In this document: positions 52,165 through 62,927 of the stretch, one piece after another
How positions within the stretch are numbered: the stretch's first letter is position 1
Layout of the letters: every line of letters begins with the position of its first letter
NCBI GenBank assembly: GCA_963813025.1
Contig: CAWEXO010000008.1
Location: 32,001-96,000 of the forward strand
Reading direction: 5' to 3'
Origin: an uncultured Verrucomicrobiae bacterium
GTDB taxonomy: Bacteria; Verrucomicrobiota; Verrucomicrobiia; Chthoniobacterales; JAFAMB01
DNA length: 64,000 nt
Made by a program: the position numbers and the translations under genes
The notes under the pieces: generated by a model
Told to the model about the DNA's origin: nothing
Databases searched by the model: none
What the model saw: only the letters and a program-made list of their open reading frames with translations

Positions 52165-52272
52165 TCCAAGACCGTATCTACCGGAGTAGGGCCGAGGCCG
52201 GTTGCGAGACACTCCTTTCAGCAGAGCTGCCCTGCTTGATCTGCCGGGCTGAAGGCCTACAGTGGCAGACCG

Positions 52273-54171
52273 TTGACAACCCCAAACGAACAGCGTGGCA
52301 CGGTAACGCCGGAAGATCGTGCGAGCGACCGGTCTGAAGGTGTCCCGAGTTCCAAGTCACGAGTTTCGAGTTCCTGGTCTCGGCTTCGGGCCGAGCTGCA
52401 GTCGAGTCCGCTGCCGCCCGTATGGCTTTTCCCATTGTTGCTGCTGATTTTCTCGGTTGGCTACTACAGCTCTTACGCACTCTCCGGACTGGACCTGCAG
52501 GGCGAAGGCGGCACGATCGGCGTTATCGCAATGCGGCTCAACGCGGGCGCGCGTCCGATCACCGATACGTTTCTCGGTTACAACCTCCTTTGGTTTGCGC
52601 CGATAGCCCTTCTTTTCCAGGTGTTCGGGCCGAGCTATCTGGCGATCAAAGTCTTCTTCTTTGCGCTGTGCACGGTAACCGGCCAGCTCAGCTACCGCGT
52701 TTTGTTTCGCGCGACTGGCCGTCCGTTACTCAGTCTTACGGGCGCTCTCATCGTGGTGCTCGTCCCGGGCATGCAATTCCGGAACTACATGGCGTTCCTG
52801 GCCATAACCAACATGCTCGCCCTGCTGGAAGCGTTTGTTTTCGAGCAAGCCACGTTTTGGCACCGACTGACGTGGGTAGCCGCCTCCGCGGGTTTCGTCG
52901 CACTCACCTATCTTTTCCGGATCGATCTCGGAACCTTCTTTTCCGTGCTACTCGTTGGAGGCGCGGTCCTGAACTTACTTCTTGGGAGCGGCGCACTCAA
53001 ACCGCGCGTCTGGGCGACCTGTGGTGCCATCCTTCTGCTCCCGGCGATGTTTGCCCTTGTGCATTGGCCGGTTGATTGGTACGCCCGGGCCAGGGGGTTC
53101 GAAGCTGATTTCTGGGCGCAGTACGGTCAATGGTGGACCGAAATCGAAAGCCGGGCAGTCGTGGCAATCCAGCACCTCAAACCGGGGCCGGCCACTTCTT
53201 CGGCAGGGCCGGTGGCCCCTCCAATTGTTGCGCCGCACCCGCCAGGAGCAGCGGTCGGCGCACCGGCTGGCGACCGAAGCACCCGAGCCTTACCTGATCC
53301 CGACGAGATGCTCCTGGCGCGGCGCGCCAAACAGCGCGAACTGGCGTTTCTGCTTTACGCACCGCTCGTTTCGAGCTTGTCGATCCTGATTGTCGCCCTC
53401 ACGCTGAGTCTCAACGGCCTGCTCCGCCAGAACGACCGGCAAAAACAAGCTGGCTTCTTTCTTCTGCTGGCGCTCGGCTCCGCACTCACTCTCTTTCCCC
53501 AATATTTCTTCTTCCGGCCCGATCCGCCGCATCTGAGCGAGTTGATGGCGCCGTTCGTGATTGTCCTGGTCTACTGTCTGGCGCTCACCCTGACCTGGAT
53601 TGGAAGACAGCATAGCCGTCAGCTGCGCTTGGCTGCGGCTCTCTGGGCGTTATTCTTATGCTTTCACCTCTGGATTTATACCCGGTACGGCGTCAACCAG
53701 CCTTGGATGGGAGCGATCGCCATCAAAAAACCGGGGGAAAAGCGGGTCGAGTTTGCGAACCAGGTGATCGCTTATCTGCCCGGCGAGACCAGAGCCGAGT
53801 ACGAGCGCCTTTATCAGGTAATCACCGATCATTCCGGATCGAGCGATTATGTCGTAAGTTTTCCTTACTCGCCCATGATCAACTTCATGACGAACCGGCG
53901 ATCTTACAGGTACAACCTGTATGTGGACAATTCGACTCGTCCGCTGGATTTCGATCGCACGGCGATCGCGGAGATCGAGCGGTATAAACCGGCCGTAGTT
54001 GCAATCGACGATGTCGCCATGAACGGCACGCCCGGTTCACGCTTCAGCGCATGGGCGGCGCCGACACTGGAATACGTACAGAGTCACTACCGGTTCGGGG
54101 GTCGATTTGTGCGGACGGATTTGTACATCCGGCCGGAGGAGGGCAAGAAGGACGGGCCGGGGAAGCAATGA
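52273..54171 (+). CDS. Polytopic membrane protein (possible GT-C-type glycosyltransferase)
   Basis: Many TM helices, early loop LDLQGEG and a C-terminal soluble domain. Confidence 0.6.
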   Translation: MTTPNEQRGTVTPEDRASDRSEGVPSSKSRVSSSWSRLRAELQSSPLPPVWLFPLLLLIFSVGYYSSYALSGLDLQGEGGTIGVIAMRLNAGARPITDTFLGYNLLWFAPIALLFQVFGPSYLAIKVFFFALCTVTGQLSYRVLFRATGRPLLSLTGALIVVLVPGMQFRNYMAFLAITNMLALLEAFVFEQATFWHRLTWVAASAGFVALTYLFRIDLGTFFSVLLVGGAVLNLLLGSGALKPRVWATCGAILLLPAMFALVHWPVDWYARARGFEADFWAQYGQWWTEIESRAVVAIQHLKPGPATSSAGPVAPPIVAPHPPGAAVGAPAGDRSTRALPDPDEMLLARRAKQRELAFLLYAPLVSSLSILIVALTLSLNGLLRQNDRQKQAGFFLLLALGSALTLFPQYFFFRPDPPHLSELMAPFVIVLVYCLALTLTWIGRQHSRQLRLAAALWALFLCFHLWIYTRYGVNQPWMGAIAIKKPGEKRVEFANQVIAYLPGETRAEYERLYQVITDHSGSSDYVVSFPYSPMINFMTNRRSYRYNLYVDNSTRPLDFDRTAIAEIERYKPAVVAIDDVAMNGTPGSRFSAWAAPTLEYVQSHYRFGGRFVRTDLYIRPEEGKKDGPGKQ

Positions 54172-54330
54172 ATCGGGACGCGCCTTGAAAAAAGGCCTTG
54201 CAACCTTAAGCGGAATTCATTAGGCACTTTTCAGTCTGTTACAGACCAGACAAAGCCAGGAACGGAATATGCCGCCCCCTTTCCCGGATAATTCCCCTGT
54301 CGCGGCGTTTTAATTTCGCGAGATTAACCT

Positions 54331-55327
54331 ATGAAACTCTTCCCCAGTTCCTCCCCAAGCCGACGCGTCTTTATTGGTTTGCTTGGAGCAATCACAGTCG
54401 GCTGGATGGTTCAGCCAGCCCCTGCTGCTGATCAGAAACCTTCCATTCCGATTATCGTTAAGGACACGACTTCCTTCTTCTGGCAGATCGTGCTCGCAGG
54501 CGCCCGCAAAGCAGGCAAGGACCTCGATGTCAAGGTTCCAGAGCTTGGTGCGCAATCCGAATCGGACATCAATGGCCAGATCTCGATCCTCGAGAACACC
54601 GTCTCCGAAAAACCGGCCGCCATCGTCATCGCGCCGACGCAATTCAAGGCCCTCGGCAAGCCGATCGATGAGGCTGCAAAAAAGACCAAAATCATCGGGA
54701 TTGACTCTGCCGCCGACTCGAAGGCGTTCACTTCCTTTCTACAGACCGATAATGTGCAGGGGGGCCGGGTCGCCGCCGACGGTCTCGCCGCTGCTATCTC
54801 GGCGAAATATGGCAAGGCCGAAGGCGACGTTGCGCTGATTACGTCGATCCCCGGCGTTGGTTCTCTGGACCAGCGCGCGAAGGGGTTCAAGGAGGAGATC
54901 GCCGCCAAGTATCCAGGCTTGAAACTCGTCGCCGACAAAGTTGCCGACGGAATGGCAACTACCGCATTGAATATCATGACCGACCTGATCACAGCCAACC
55001 CTAATCTGCGCGGTGTTTTCGCTTCGAACCTGATTATGGCCCAGGGAGCCGGCCAGGCCGATTGCTGAAAATAAAGCGGCCGACAAAATCAAACTTGTTG
55101 GCTTCGACTCGGACGATAAGCTCGTCAAACTCCTGTCCGACGGCAACATCGCGGCGCTTGTCGTGCAGGATCCGTACCGCATGGGCTATGAGGGCGTCAA
55201 GACCGCGCTCGCCGCATCTAAGGGCGAGAAGGTCCCGGCGACTGTAGATACGGGTGTGAACCTCATTACCAAGGAGAACATGAACAGCGCCCGGTCGCAG
55301 GAGCTCTTGAATCCGAAGGTGAAGTAA
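54331..55327 (+). CDS. Sugar ABC substrate-binding protein (RbsB-like; frameshift near 55060)
   Basis: FWQIVLAGA, IGIDS, TDN, GFDS, VQDP..MGY and VDTG. Confidence 0.88.
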
Positions 55328-55332
55328 AACGG

Positions 55333-56917
55333 GTGCCTGCAGAAACTCCTCCACCCATTCGACTGGCAAGCCTTCATGGACCAGGCACAGCAGGATGGCA
55401 ACGCATATCAGGCGCGGCTGACATCGCCGCGCCTCTTCTTGTCCTTAAAGGGCTCGACAAGCGATTCGGCGCCACCCATGCGCTAAAGGCGGTCGATCTT
55501 ATCTTTGAGGCGGGCGAAATCCACGCGATTGTCGGGGAAAACGGCGCCGGTAAATCGACGCTTATCAAGCTGCTGACCGGCGTCTATGTCCGCTCGGGCG
55601 GCGAAGTCTATTGGGAAGGCCAACCGGTGGCGCTCGCCACACCGCATGAGGCGATCGGCTACGGCATCAACGCGGTGCATCAGGAGGTAGTACTCTGCCC
55701 GCATCTCACCGTCGCCGCCAATCTCTTTCTCGGCGACGAAAAAGTGCGCCTCGGGCTGCTGCGGCATGGGGAGATGGTGCGAGAAGCCCAGAAGATCCTC
55801 GACGAGATCGGGTTTAAAATAGCGGCTGGGGCGATACTTTCCAGCCTCACCATCGGCCAGCAGCAATTGGTTGCGACGGCACGCGCCACAACGCGCGGCA
55901 CACGGTTCCTCATTTTCGACGAACCGACGGCCTATCTGACCCGTCAGGAGACTGCGCAGCTCTTCGCACTGATCGGTCGCCTCAAGGCCAAGGGCGTCAC
56001 CATTGTTTATATTTCGCATCGGTTGGAAGAAGTGTTCCAGCTCGCGGACCGCGTCTCGATCCTTCGCGATGGCCAGTTGGTGTCGACTCAGCGCATCGCC
56101 GAGACCAATGAGGAGAAGCTCATTACCGGGATGATCGCTCGCTCGATCGAACAGATCCATTACAAGGAGACGATCCCCTTCGGTACCGAGATTCTTCGCA
56201 CGGAAAAGCTCACCGGCAAGGGCTTCGAGGACGTTTCCATACGGGTCCGGGCGGGCGAGGTCATCGGGCTATACGGTCTGATTGGCGCGGGGCGCAGCGA
56301 GTTCGTGCAGAGCGTGTTCGGACGTTTTCCCAAGACCGGAGGGCAGATTTTCTGGAAAGGTCAGCCGGTCGACATCCGCAGGGAAAAGGATGCGATCTCC
56401 CGGGGCATCGCGCTGGTGCCCGAAAGCCGGCGTGATCAGGGCCTTTGCTTGAATCTTGGGGTCGGACTCAACATCAACCTGCCAATCTACAAGCGCCTGA
56501 CGAAAGGCCTCGTCATCGACCCCCGCGCCGAGGCGGCCGCGGCCGACCGGCAGATCCGCGACGTGCAGATCAAGACGGCCTCGCGCGACGCTCCCGCGTC
56601 GAGCCTCTCCGGCGGCAACCAGCAGAAGATTGTCGTCGGCAAATGGCTGAACCATGGCGCCCAGCTATTCATCTTCGACGAGCCGACAGTGGGGGTCGAC
56701 GTCGGCACCAAAGTCGAGATCTACAAGCTTTTCGCCAAACTGCTTAAGGGCGGGGCCGGGAATCATACTGATCTCCTCCTATCTGCCGGAGGTTTACGAT
56801 CTCGCGGACACCCTGCACGTCTTTCGCCGCGGGCGGCTCGTCGCGAGCCATGACAGCGCTCATACCAGCGAGAAAGCGTTGCACGAGACCATTTTAACGG
56901 AAGCGCTCGGCGTCTGA
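55333..56917 (+). CDS. Sugar ABC ATP-binding protein (RbsA-like; frameshift near 56755, start uncertain)
   Basis: GENGAGKS, LSGGNQQK, DEPTVG and ISSYLPE. Confidence 0.9.
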
Positions 56918-56963
56918 TGCCGAGCTACCACAAACGAAAAACAGCGTTGCTGAGAAATGCAAT

Positions 56964-57957
56964 ATGAGCGTTGAAGGCAAGATTGAAACGTCAGAGGCGG
57001 TGCAGCTAGCCGCGACCAAAAGAAGGGCGCAAATCGGAACCTTGCTCAGTCTGACACTCCTGGCCCTGCTCGCCCTCATGTGGGTTGTGCTGGCGTTCAG
57101 CACGAAAAGCTTCTGGACATACAACAATATCACCAACCTTCTGCGGCAAGGCGCTATGATCGCAATTCTCTCCTTAGGCGAGACGTTCGTCATCATCACC
57201 GCAGGCATCGATCTGTCGGTCGGCGCGGTCGTCGGCTTCACTAGCGTCATTATCGCCTTGCTGCTGACAAACGGTGTTCGCGATTTGGGTGGCGATCATC
57301 ATCACGCTGGCAGTAGGCTTCGCCATTGGCGTTTTCCACGCCTTCGGAATCAGCCGCCTCGGATTGCCGCCTTTCATCATGACGCTGGCAACGCTGACGG
57401 CTTTGCGAGGCGTTGGCCTACTCATGACTAACGGTTCCACAATCTCGATTACCAACGATCGATTCACTGGCTTTTCGAGAGGCGACTTTATCGGCGTGCC
57501 GAATCTTTTCTGGATGGTGGTTGTGGTTGCGGTTCCCGCCTATGTGTTTCTGCATCAGAGCCGGTTCGGTCGTTATCTTTTCGCTATTGGCTCCAATACG
57601 GAGGCGGCCCGGCTTTCCGGCGTTAACACTACTCGGATGCTATACATCGCGTATACCCTCTCGTCGCTTTGCGCCGCCTTCGTCGGCATCCTGCTCGCAG
57701 CGCGTATCGGCATCGGCAACGCGACCCAGGCGGAAGGATGGGAACTGCAGGCGATAGCCTCCTCTGTGATCGGTGGTACCAGCCTTTTCGGCGCTGTCGG
57801 CTCGGTGCACGGACCGCTGCTCGGATCCTTCATCCTGACGACGATTAACAACGGCGCCAACCTGCTGAACGTAAATGCGTTCTGGCAGCGTATCATCACC
57901 GGTGTCCTGATAATCGTTATCGTCTACTTCGATGGCTTGAGGCGCCGGAAGAGATAG
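56964..57957 (+). CDS. Sugar ABC permease (RbsC-like; frameshift near 57280)
   Basis: AGIDLSVG, AIGSNTEAARLSG and AIASSVIGGTS. Confidence 0.9.
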
Positions 57958-57960
57958 TAG

Positions 57961-58175
57961 TGGCGAGTCCCGAGTCCCGAGTAGCGAGTCCCGAGTAGCG
58001 AGTTCCGAGTAGCGAGTCCCGAGTAGTGGACACAAGGCCAGAAGTGCACGGTTTTTCCCACTCGGAGCGATGCTCCTTTACCGGGGTAACGCCCTGATAG
58101 GGTAAGTGCGATGCTCGGCTTCGATTCGCCATCAGGGACTCGGGACTCGCCCACTCGGGACTTGGGACTCGAGAC
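57961..58175. repeat. Pair of inverted heptamer arrays, (GAGTCCC/GAGTAGC)n ... (GGGACTC)n
   Basis: 57961-58027 and 58134-58175, between convergent genes. Confidence 0.85.
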
Positions 58176-58176
58176 G

Positions 58177-61100
58177 CTACTTCGCTGGCACTTGCTCAAC
58201 CTGGGGCGTGGGCTCTCGACGCACCGGCCGGCGGCCGAACAGCTTCATAATGATCGAGAAGAAAACAGGCGTAAGAAAAATACCAAAGAAAGTCACTCCG
58301 AGCATCCCGCTGAACACCGCGGTACCGAGCGCTTGACGCATTTCGGAACCAGGCCCCTTCGCGATTACCAAAGGCACCACTCCGAGGGTGAAGGCAAAGG
58401 ACGTCATCAGAATCGGTCGGAGTCGAAGTCGAGCGGCGTTCAGAGCAGCTTCCTGCCGGCTCCGTCCAGCCTCCATTTCCTGTCTGGCGTACTCGACGAT
58501 CAGGATGGCGTTTTTACAGGCGAGGCCGACGAGCACGACAAACCCGATCTGGGTGAAGATATTATTGTCCATGTGCCGCAGATAGACCCCGGAAATCGCG
58601 GCCAAAAGGCACATGGGCACGATCAGGATAATCGCCAAAGGCAAAGCCCAGCTTTCGTACTGAGCAGCTAACACCAGAAAAACAAAGAGAACACAGAGCG
58701 GAAAAATGTAGAGAGCGGTATTTCCCGCGAGAATCTCCTGCAGGGTCAGCTCTGTCCATTCAAACCCGAACTGTGAAGGCAAATTTTCTTTGGCCAATCG
58801 CTCCATGGTGGAGATCGCTTGACCCGAACTGAACCCAGGCAATGTGTTGCCGGTGATGTCTGCGGACGGATACAGGTTATAATGCATCACCTTATCAGGG
58901 CCGTTCTCCTCCCGAATGTTCAGCAAAGTGCCAAGCGGAACCATCTGGTTGTTATTATTCCTCGTGTAGAGCTGACCGATCGTATCCGGTCGAACGCGGA
59001 ACGCCGCTTCGGCCTGAACGTTCACCTGATAGGTGCGCGTCAGGAAATTGAAATCGTTGACGTAAGCCGAGCCTAAATAGGCTTGTAATGTGTTGAACAC
59101 GGACGATAGCGGTACATTCAACGTTTCGGCCTTCCGGCGATCTATATCCAGAAAGAGCTCCGGAACTTGAGAGCGAAAGCTGGTGAAAAGGCCGACTAAG
59201 CCAGGTTGTGCGTTACCCTTGGCGATGAGGTTATCGGTGACTGCCTGCAATTGGTTCAAACCGGCGGCGCGCCGATCCTGCACCTGCATTTTGAACCCGC
59301 CCGCATTGCCAACTCCCCGAACCGGCGGCGGCGGAAAAACGAGAGCGCGCGCGTCCTGGATCTGCGCCAGCTTTTGGCGCACCTGCCCCATGATTGCAAA
59401 ACCGTTGAGGCGAGGATCGTGAATGCGCTGCTCGAAAGGCGCCAAGGTGAGGAAACAGGTCGCCGTATTTGGACGGTTAGTCCCGTCCAGACCGGAGAAC
59501 CCAGCAAATTCGACCGTATGAGCGATTCCCGGAATCTTGCGGGCGATTTCGGAGATCTGTTTGCGTACTTCGTCTGAACGCTGCAAAGAAGCACCATCGG
59601 GCAGCTGGGCGAACGCGATAAGATAACCCTGGTCCTGGGTTGGAATAAAGCCGGACGGAACTGCCTTAAAGCCGAAACCAGTCAAGACAAGCAATCCTAC
59701 ATAGACCAACAAAGGAATTGCCGCGAATCGAAGCAGATGGCGCACCGTCCACGCGTATCCTTTGAGCGACTCGCCGAACGACCAATTGAAAAGTCGGAAA
59801 AACCACCCAAAGAGAAAATTAAAAATTCGGGTGAGAAAATCAGGGCGTGCATCGCGCGGCTTTAACAAAAGCCCAGCCAGCGCCGGGCTGAGGGTCAGGG
59901 AGTTAAAGGCTGAGAGCAGAGTGGAAACCGCGATGGTTAGCGCGAACTGGCGATAAAACTGACCAGTAATCCCACTGATAAACGCGGTCGGAATAAAGAC
60001 AGCGCTGAGCACAATGGCGATCGCCACAACCGCGCCGCCTACTTGATCCATGGCATGGCGGGTTGCCATCTTCGGCTCCATCCCCTCTTCAATATTGTGT
60101 TCGACCGCTTCGACCACCACGATCGCGTCGTCAACGACAATGCCAATCGCGAGCACCAGCCCGAAAAGGGACAGATTGTTCAGCGAAAAACCGAGAGCAG
60201 CCATAACGGCAAAAGTGCCCACCAATGACACCGGCACGGCCAGAAGGGGAATAATGGTCGCTCGCCACGTCTGCAGAAAGACCAGCACAACGATCAAAAC
60301 AAGGACGACGGCTTCAAACAAAGTATGTATGACAGCTTGAACCGACTGCTCGATGAAGGTCGTCGGGTCATAGACGATGGTGTACTCCAGACCCTTCGGA
60401 AACGATTTCGCCAGTTCCGCCATCTGCGCACGGACCGCATGCGCGGTGGAAACCGCGTTGGAACCGGGCAACTGAAAGATCCCAATTGCCTGAGCCGGTT
60501 TGCCATCGAGATAAGACGACACATTGTAGGTTTGCGCGCCGAGCTCCACCCGGGCGACATCGGCGAGGTACACGATCTGACCGTTGTCGCCGCGTTTGAC
60601 GATGATCTGGCCAAATTGCTTCGGAGTTATCAGACGGCCCTGGGTGTTGACCGAGAGCTGGAGATCAGTTCCGGGCGGGGCTGGCTCCGCCCCGATCTGT
60701 CCGGCCGCAACTTGGACATTTTGGGACTGGATCGCCGAGACGATGTCGTCGGTCGTCAGGTTCCGGGAATACATTTTGTTTGGATCCAGCCAGATACGCA
60801 TGCTGTACTCGCGCGCGCCAAAGATCGTCACATTGCCGACACCCGACACACGGGAAAGAACGTCACGAACCTGTAGATAAGCGTAGTTGCTGATATAGAG
60901 CTGGTCGAAGGTGTTATCCGGGGAGAGCAAATGCACCACCATCATCAGATCGGGCGACTGCTTCTGCACGGTGACGCCAAGAGCGCGCACTGTGTCCGGC
61001 AGCCTGGGCTCGGCGATAGCGAGCCGATTCTGGACCAGAACCTGCGCGATATCAAGGTCTGTCCCCAGTTTGAAAGTTACTGTCAAAGTCATCGTCCCGT

Positions 61101-61359
61101 CGCTGGTCGACTGGGATGCCATGTACAGCATATTCTCCACGCCATTGACCTGCTGCTCGATCGGTGTCGCGACGGTATCAGCGATAACTCGTGGATCAGC
61201 CCCCGGATAAGTGGCGGTCACTTGGACGGTCGGCGGCGCAATCTCGGGATATTGAGCGGTCGGAAGGGAGAGGTAAGCGAGCGAGCCGGCGATCACAATG
61301 ACGATGGAAATGACCATCGCAAAAATCGGGCGATCGATGAAGAAGTGGGAAAACTTCAT
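58177..61359 (-). CDS. RND efflux permease (HAE1, MexF/AcrB-like)
   Basis: FFIDRPIFA, GIVVDDAIVVVE, KNAILIVE and RLRPILMTS. Confidence 0.96.
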   Translation of the reverse strand: MKFSHFFIDRPIFAMVISIVIVIAGSLAYLSLPTAQYPEIAPPTVQVTATYPGADPRVIADTVATPIEQQVNGVENMLYMASQSTSDGTMTLTVTFKLGTDLDIAQVLVQNRLAIAEPRLPDTVRALGVTVQKQSPDLMMVVHLLSPDNTFDQLYISNYAYLQVRDVLSRVSGVGNVTIFGAREYSMRIWLDPNKMYSRNLTTDDIVSAIQSQNVQVAAGQIGAEPAPPGTDLQLSVNTQGRLITPKQFGQIIVKRGDNGQIVYLADVARVELGAQTYNVSSYLDGKPAQAIGIFQLPGSNAVSTAHAVRAQMAELAKSFPKGLEYTIVYDPTTFIEQSVQAVIHTLFEAVVLVLIVVLVFLQTWRATIIPLLAVPVSLVGTFAVMAALGFSLNNLSLFGLVLAIGIVVDDAIVVVEAVEHNIEEGMEPKMATRHAMDQVGGAVVAIAIVLSAVFIPTAFISGITGQFYRQFALTIAVSTLLSAFNSLTLSPALAGLLLKPRDARPDFLTRIFNFLFGWFFRLFNWSFGESLKGYAWTVRHLLRFAAIPLLVYVGLLVLTGFGFKAVPSGFIPTQDQGYLIAFAQLPDGASLQRSDEVRKQISEIARKIPGIAHTVEFAGFSGLDGTNRPNTATCFLTLAPFEQRIHDPRLNGFAIMGQVRQKLAQIQDARALVFPPPPVRGVGNAGGFKMQVQDRRAAGLNQLQAVTDNLIAKGNAQPGLVGLFTSFRSQVPELFLDIDRRKAETLNVPLSSVFNTLQAYLGSAYVNDFNFLTRTYQVNVQAEAAFRVRPDTIGQLYTRNNNNQMVPLGTLLNIREENGPDKVMHYNLYPSADITGNTLPGFSSGQAISTMERLAKENLPSQFGFEWTELTLQEILAGNTALYIFPLCVLFVFLVLAAQYESWALPLAIILIVPMCLLAAISGVYLRHMDNNIFTQIGFVVLVGLACKNAILIVEYARQEMEAGRSRQEAALNAARLRLRPILMTSFAFTLGVVPLVIAKGPGSEMRQALGTAVFSGMLGVTFFGIFLTPVFFSIIMKLFGRRPVRREPTPQVEQVPAK

Positions 61360-61371
61360 GAGGGTCTCTTC

Positions 61372-62640
61372 CTACTGCGGCGCTCGCGCAGAGTTCCCCC
61401 CGGGCTTGGCCGGTGCCCCCGGCTTCGCGGAATCCGAAGACGTCCCCTTCGGCGGCTCGCTGCCGGTCTTGACGTTCTCAGCGAGTTGGTTCGAAGCGAA
61501 CTTACTCATGTCGCCCCGTTGCGGGCTTACTTTGGCTCCCGGTCTCGCGTTCACGAGTCCGTTGATGATCACGTCCTCATCGCCATTCAGTCCCTTGCGG
61601 ACTACCCGTAGACCGTCTGAGATCGGTCCGAGCTCAACCGGTCGTATCGCAACCGTATTGTTGGCGTCGACCACCATCACGAATTTTTGGCCTTGATCGG
61701 TGGCGATGGCACGATCGGTTACCAGGATTGCTTTATACTTCGGAGAACCGGCCACCCGAACCGAAACAAACTGACCGGGCTGCATGAACCCATCAGGATT
61801 GGGGAAAACGCCCCGGACCTGCAGTGTTCCGGTCGAGGCATCGAACTGGTTGTTAATGAAATCGATCACCCCGGCATGGGGAAAATCAGACTCGTTCTCG
61901 AGTTGCATATAAACCGGCACCTTTCCGTCGCGCGCGCTCTGCATTTGTCCGGATTTGACGAGCCCGACGTACTTCAGAACGCTCCGCTCATCCACATTAA
62001 AGTAGGCATAGATCGGATCCACGCTGACAATCGTAGTCAGTAAGGTTGTATCAACCTGAACCAGATTACCTACGGTCACCAGCTCACGCCCGATACGGCC
62101 TTTTACCGGTGCTTTGATCTGAGTGAAATCAAGATTGAGCTGGGCCGATTCGACCGCGGCTTGCGCGGCAACATATTGCGCGGCAGCCTGATTGGCTTGG
62201 GCCACGTTGGTATCGTATTCCTCCTTGGAAATCACCCGCGTGGCTTGCAGGCGCTGCGCCCGTGCGAGATTGGCTGCCTGCAATTGCTTCTGGGCCTCCG
62301 CCTGCCGGAGCTGGCCGTTCGCCTGGTCGAGCAGGGCCTGGTAGGGACGTGGATCGATCACAAAAAGGAGGTCGCCCTGTTCGACGAGATCGCCCGCTCT
62401 GAAAGTGATGTTGTCGATATACCCGCTGACCCGCGGACGAATGTCAACACTGTCGACCGCGTCAGTTCTTCCGGTAAACTCGTCCCAGTCGACGACCTCC
62501 TTCTGTATGGGTCTGGCGATGGTCACCGGCGGAGGGGGCGGAGCGGGCGGCGGAGGAGCGGGCTTTTGGCAGCCGGCCAGCCAGGAACAAAAAGCAATCG
62601 TCGCAAATGAGAGAAAGTATCTGTTCGGCTGGAAGAGCAT
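61372..62640 (-). CDS. RND periplasmic adaptor lipoprotein (MexE-like)
   Basis: LAGC lipobox, VDIRPRVSGY and IKAPVKGRI. Confidence 0.94.
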   Translation of the reverse strand: MLFQPNRYFLSFATIAFCSWLAGCQKPAPPPPAPPPPPVTIARPIQKEVVDWDEFTGRTDAVDSVDIRPRVSGYIDNITFRAGDLVEQGDLLFVIDPRPYQALLDQANGQLRQAEAQKQLQAANLARAQRLQATRVISKEEYDTNVAQANQAAAQYVAAQAAVESAQLNLDFTQIKAPVKGRIGRELVTVGNLVQVDTTLLTTIVSVDPIYAYFNVDERSVLKYVGLVKSGQMQSARDGKVPVYMQLENESDFPHAGVIDFINNQFDASTGTLQVRGVFPNPDGFMQPGQFVSVRVAGSPKYKAILVTDRAIATDQGQKFVMVVDANNTVAIRPVELGPISDGLRVVRKGLNGDEDVIINGLVNARPGAKVSPQRGDMSKFASNQLAENVKTGSEPPKGTSSDSAKPGAPAKPGGNSARAPQ

Positions 62641-62751
62641 GGTCAGCGACTCTTTGCTTTTCAGAGAGACCAGCGGCGAGCCAACCCAGTGTCTATCAGG
62701 TGAGCAGGCCTTTGGCAATCAGCTGAAATACCCGCTAACGTGCAGCGGACA

Positions 62752-62880
62752 ATGCGTCGAGGCAATTTCGATTTAATCGCTCCGGTTTATCCTTTTCTGG
62801 AATATCTGGTTTTCGGTTCGACGTTGGAGCGGGCACGTCATTTCTTTTTTCAGGAAGCGCTCGCCGCCGATCGAATGAAG
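62752..62880 (+). pseudogene. Probable class I methyltransferase N-terminal fragment
   Basis: FDLIAPVYPFLEYLVFG..L..AR, then homology ends. Confidence 0.4.
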
Positions 62881-62927
62881 AAGATCTGGCAAAAGCTGCA
62901 CGGAGTGCTCGTTTGTTCACGGAGCAT

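Larger units (their letters stand above)
50857..52179 (+). mobile_element. IS110-family (IS621-like) insertion sequence, copy 2 (full length)
   Basis: CT core at 50855-56 and 52178-79; near-identical to copy 1. Confidence 0.96.
50687..52213 (-). repeat. REP/REPIN-like family A copy split by IS110 copy 2
   Basis: Joining 50687-50856 to 52180-52213 rebuilds the reverse complement of the 10828-10993 repeat. Confidence 0.85.

Noticed and set aside
54331..57957. Frameshifts in the ABC operon, YyaL, MFS (28915) and IS1380 as biological signals
   Set aside because: Single-base indels, often in homopolymers, fit long-read error; cannot be decided without reads.
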